From assembly GCA_020536535.1 (NCBI GenBank), contig JAHLWZ010000857.1:1-64000 (forward strand): 64,000 nt of DNA. The letters are read 5' to 3'. The stretch is from Pelomyxa schiedti. Taxonomy: Eukaryota > Protista > Evosea. A program made the translations under genes and the position numbers. How positions within the stretch are numbered: position 1 is the stretch's first letter; each line of letters opens with the position of its first letter. Below are positions 62,801 to 64,000 of this stretch, piece by piece. The notes below the pieces were generated by a model. That model worked only from the letters and a program-made list of their open reading frames with translations, was not told where the DNA came from and made no database searches.

Positions 62801-64000
62801 TAGTATCAAATCTCCGAAGTTACCGCCATTAATTGTAACCTTCTAGTTGAATTGCACCCATTGCTGGTACAAGCGGATATCGTTACAACCTTAAAGAACC
62901 TGAGATTTCATGGTGAGTGCTTCCCAAAAACTATTTCTCTAATCTGAGATAAAAAAAGAGAATGTTGTAAAACCAACTAGTGAACTAGTGGAGCCTCTCT
63001 CTCAGTTAATAGCATCCTGGAAAGAATTAGCTGACTTAGTGGAACTGTCCAAAGCAAATCCCGTGCCTGTGGAGATGATAGTATTAATACTTGGCAATAT
63101 CGAGCAACCTCTTAGAGTATTTATCATAACTACCCAGGCAAAAATTTATAACATTAGGTAAATCCATCAACACTGAGTTTGGAGACTTTTAGAGCAGGTG
63201 TTGCAAAAATTCTGGAAATCCCAGAAGAAACAATGGAACTGAAATGCCAAGTGTGAGAACTCCATTTTACTGTCACTCTAAAAAAACGCAGCGAGGGGAA
63301 AAAATGTGGGACATTCTAACAACGCCGCAATTGAGACTTCACCTGTCAGGAAAGACTGCTTCTGAGCAACCAATTGTGCATGTAATTAAAAAAGGAGGTA
63401 GTTCCCAGAGAAGGTGAACCAAACTCATACCACCAAGATGTCGCACAGGCCATTTCCGTTCCCGAACCCCCTCCCCCACCTCCCGTTGATCCTGCTGAGG
63501 AAGAAGCGGCACGAACCCTCTCAAGAATGGAAAATCCAGTTCTTGTGCACCTTGTCAAACTGCTGGTATCCTTTTTTGTTTGTTCACAATCTCCAATTGC
63601 ACCTCATTTTCCAAGGCGAAAGAGGCCAATCTCTCTCTCCAAAAAACACTGGAGCTACTGTCTAAGAATCCATACATCCCCCCACCAGCACCCAAACCCA
63701 CAGCAGCGAGTCAAGACCGCGAAGAAGGCAGCTCTTCCTATTCCCCAATGATGCCTCTGGGTGATTTATCAGTAAGAGAATTTGTCTCCGAAGTCCTTAA
63801 ATGCTAACAACTCAAAGAGTGAACTAATGAAGGAAATAAAATCCGCGGTCAAAGGTAAGATCAGAATGAGGTATGTGAGAAGATCTCACAACTTAACGAT
63901 CCTGACTTGTCAAAAGACATGTTGACCTGGAAGCAGAGCAAGTTAGAAGAAGAGCTGACAGGCAGAAGTATCTACAAAGAGGCTTACTAGATGACTTCAT
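59888..64000 (+). CDS. Armadillo/HEAT-repeat protein, running off the window end (multi-exon)
   Basis: Repeated Leu-rich helical units (FQAGGVQILIEKL, LDGLKPIESIL, SGALKTVIQLL, SGWELMMKII). No ortholog recognised. Confidence 0.65.
63566..63615 (+). other. Intron with a U12-consensus 5' splice site but no clear U12 branch point
   Basis: Donor GTATCCTT. Removal keeps VKLL|AKEANLSLQK in frame. Confidence 0.45.

Overview
Gene-dense eukaryotic genomic DNA with many short introns (mostly about 40-100 nt, GT-AG). About 23 well-supported protein genes plus two weak candidates, separated by very short head-to-head and tail-to-tail spacers. The style (A-rich ATG leaders, GC-rich low-complexity first exons, a Sel1-repeat gene, DRP5/Dlp-type dynamin, bacterial-type radical SAM, an AccD-AccA-PycB fusion) suggests an amoebozoan, possibly an anaerobic archamoeba such as Pelomyxa. 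That assignment is inference only. Housekeeping genes: PSTK, DPH1, MND1, FabG/HSD17B8, SF3B1, tRNase Z, NAGLU, COPG, DcpS, PTB-like, NUP107, FPA/Spen-like. Most notable: (1) a transcarboxylase-like AccD-AccA-pyruvate carboxyltransferase fusion (26808-31041) with no biotin-carrier domain and several catalytic residues replaced; (2) a U12-type intron in the FabG gene and a second U12-like donor; (3) a zinc-ribbon/WH2-C-acidic actin nucleation-promoting factor candidate; (4) a CUE + 3x SKICH-like protein; (5) strong CpG depletion in gene bodies against CpG-rich gene starts. No rRNA, tRNA, CRISPR or transposon was recognised. Gene spans were spliced by eye, so exon boundaries are approximate.
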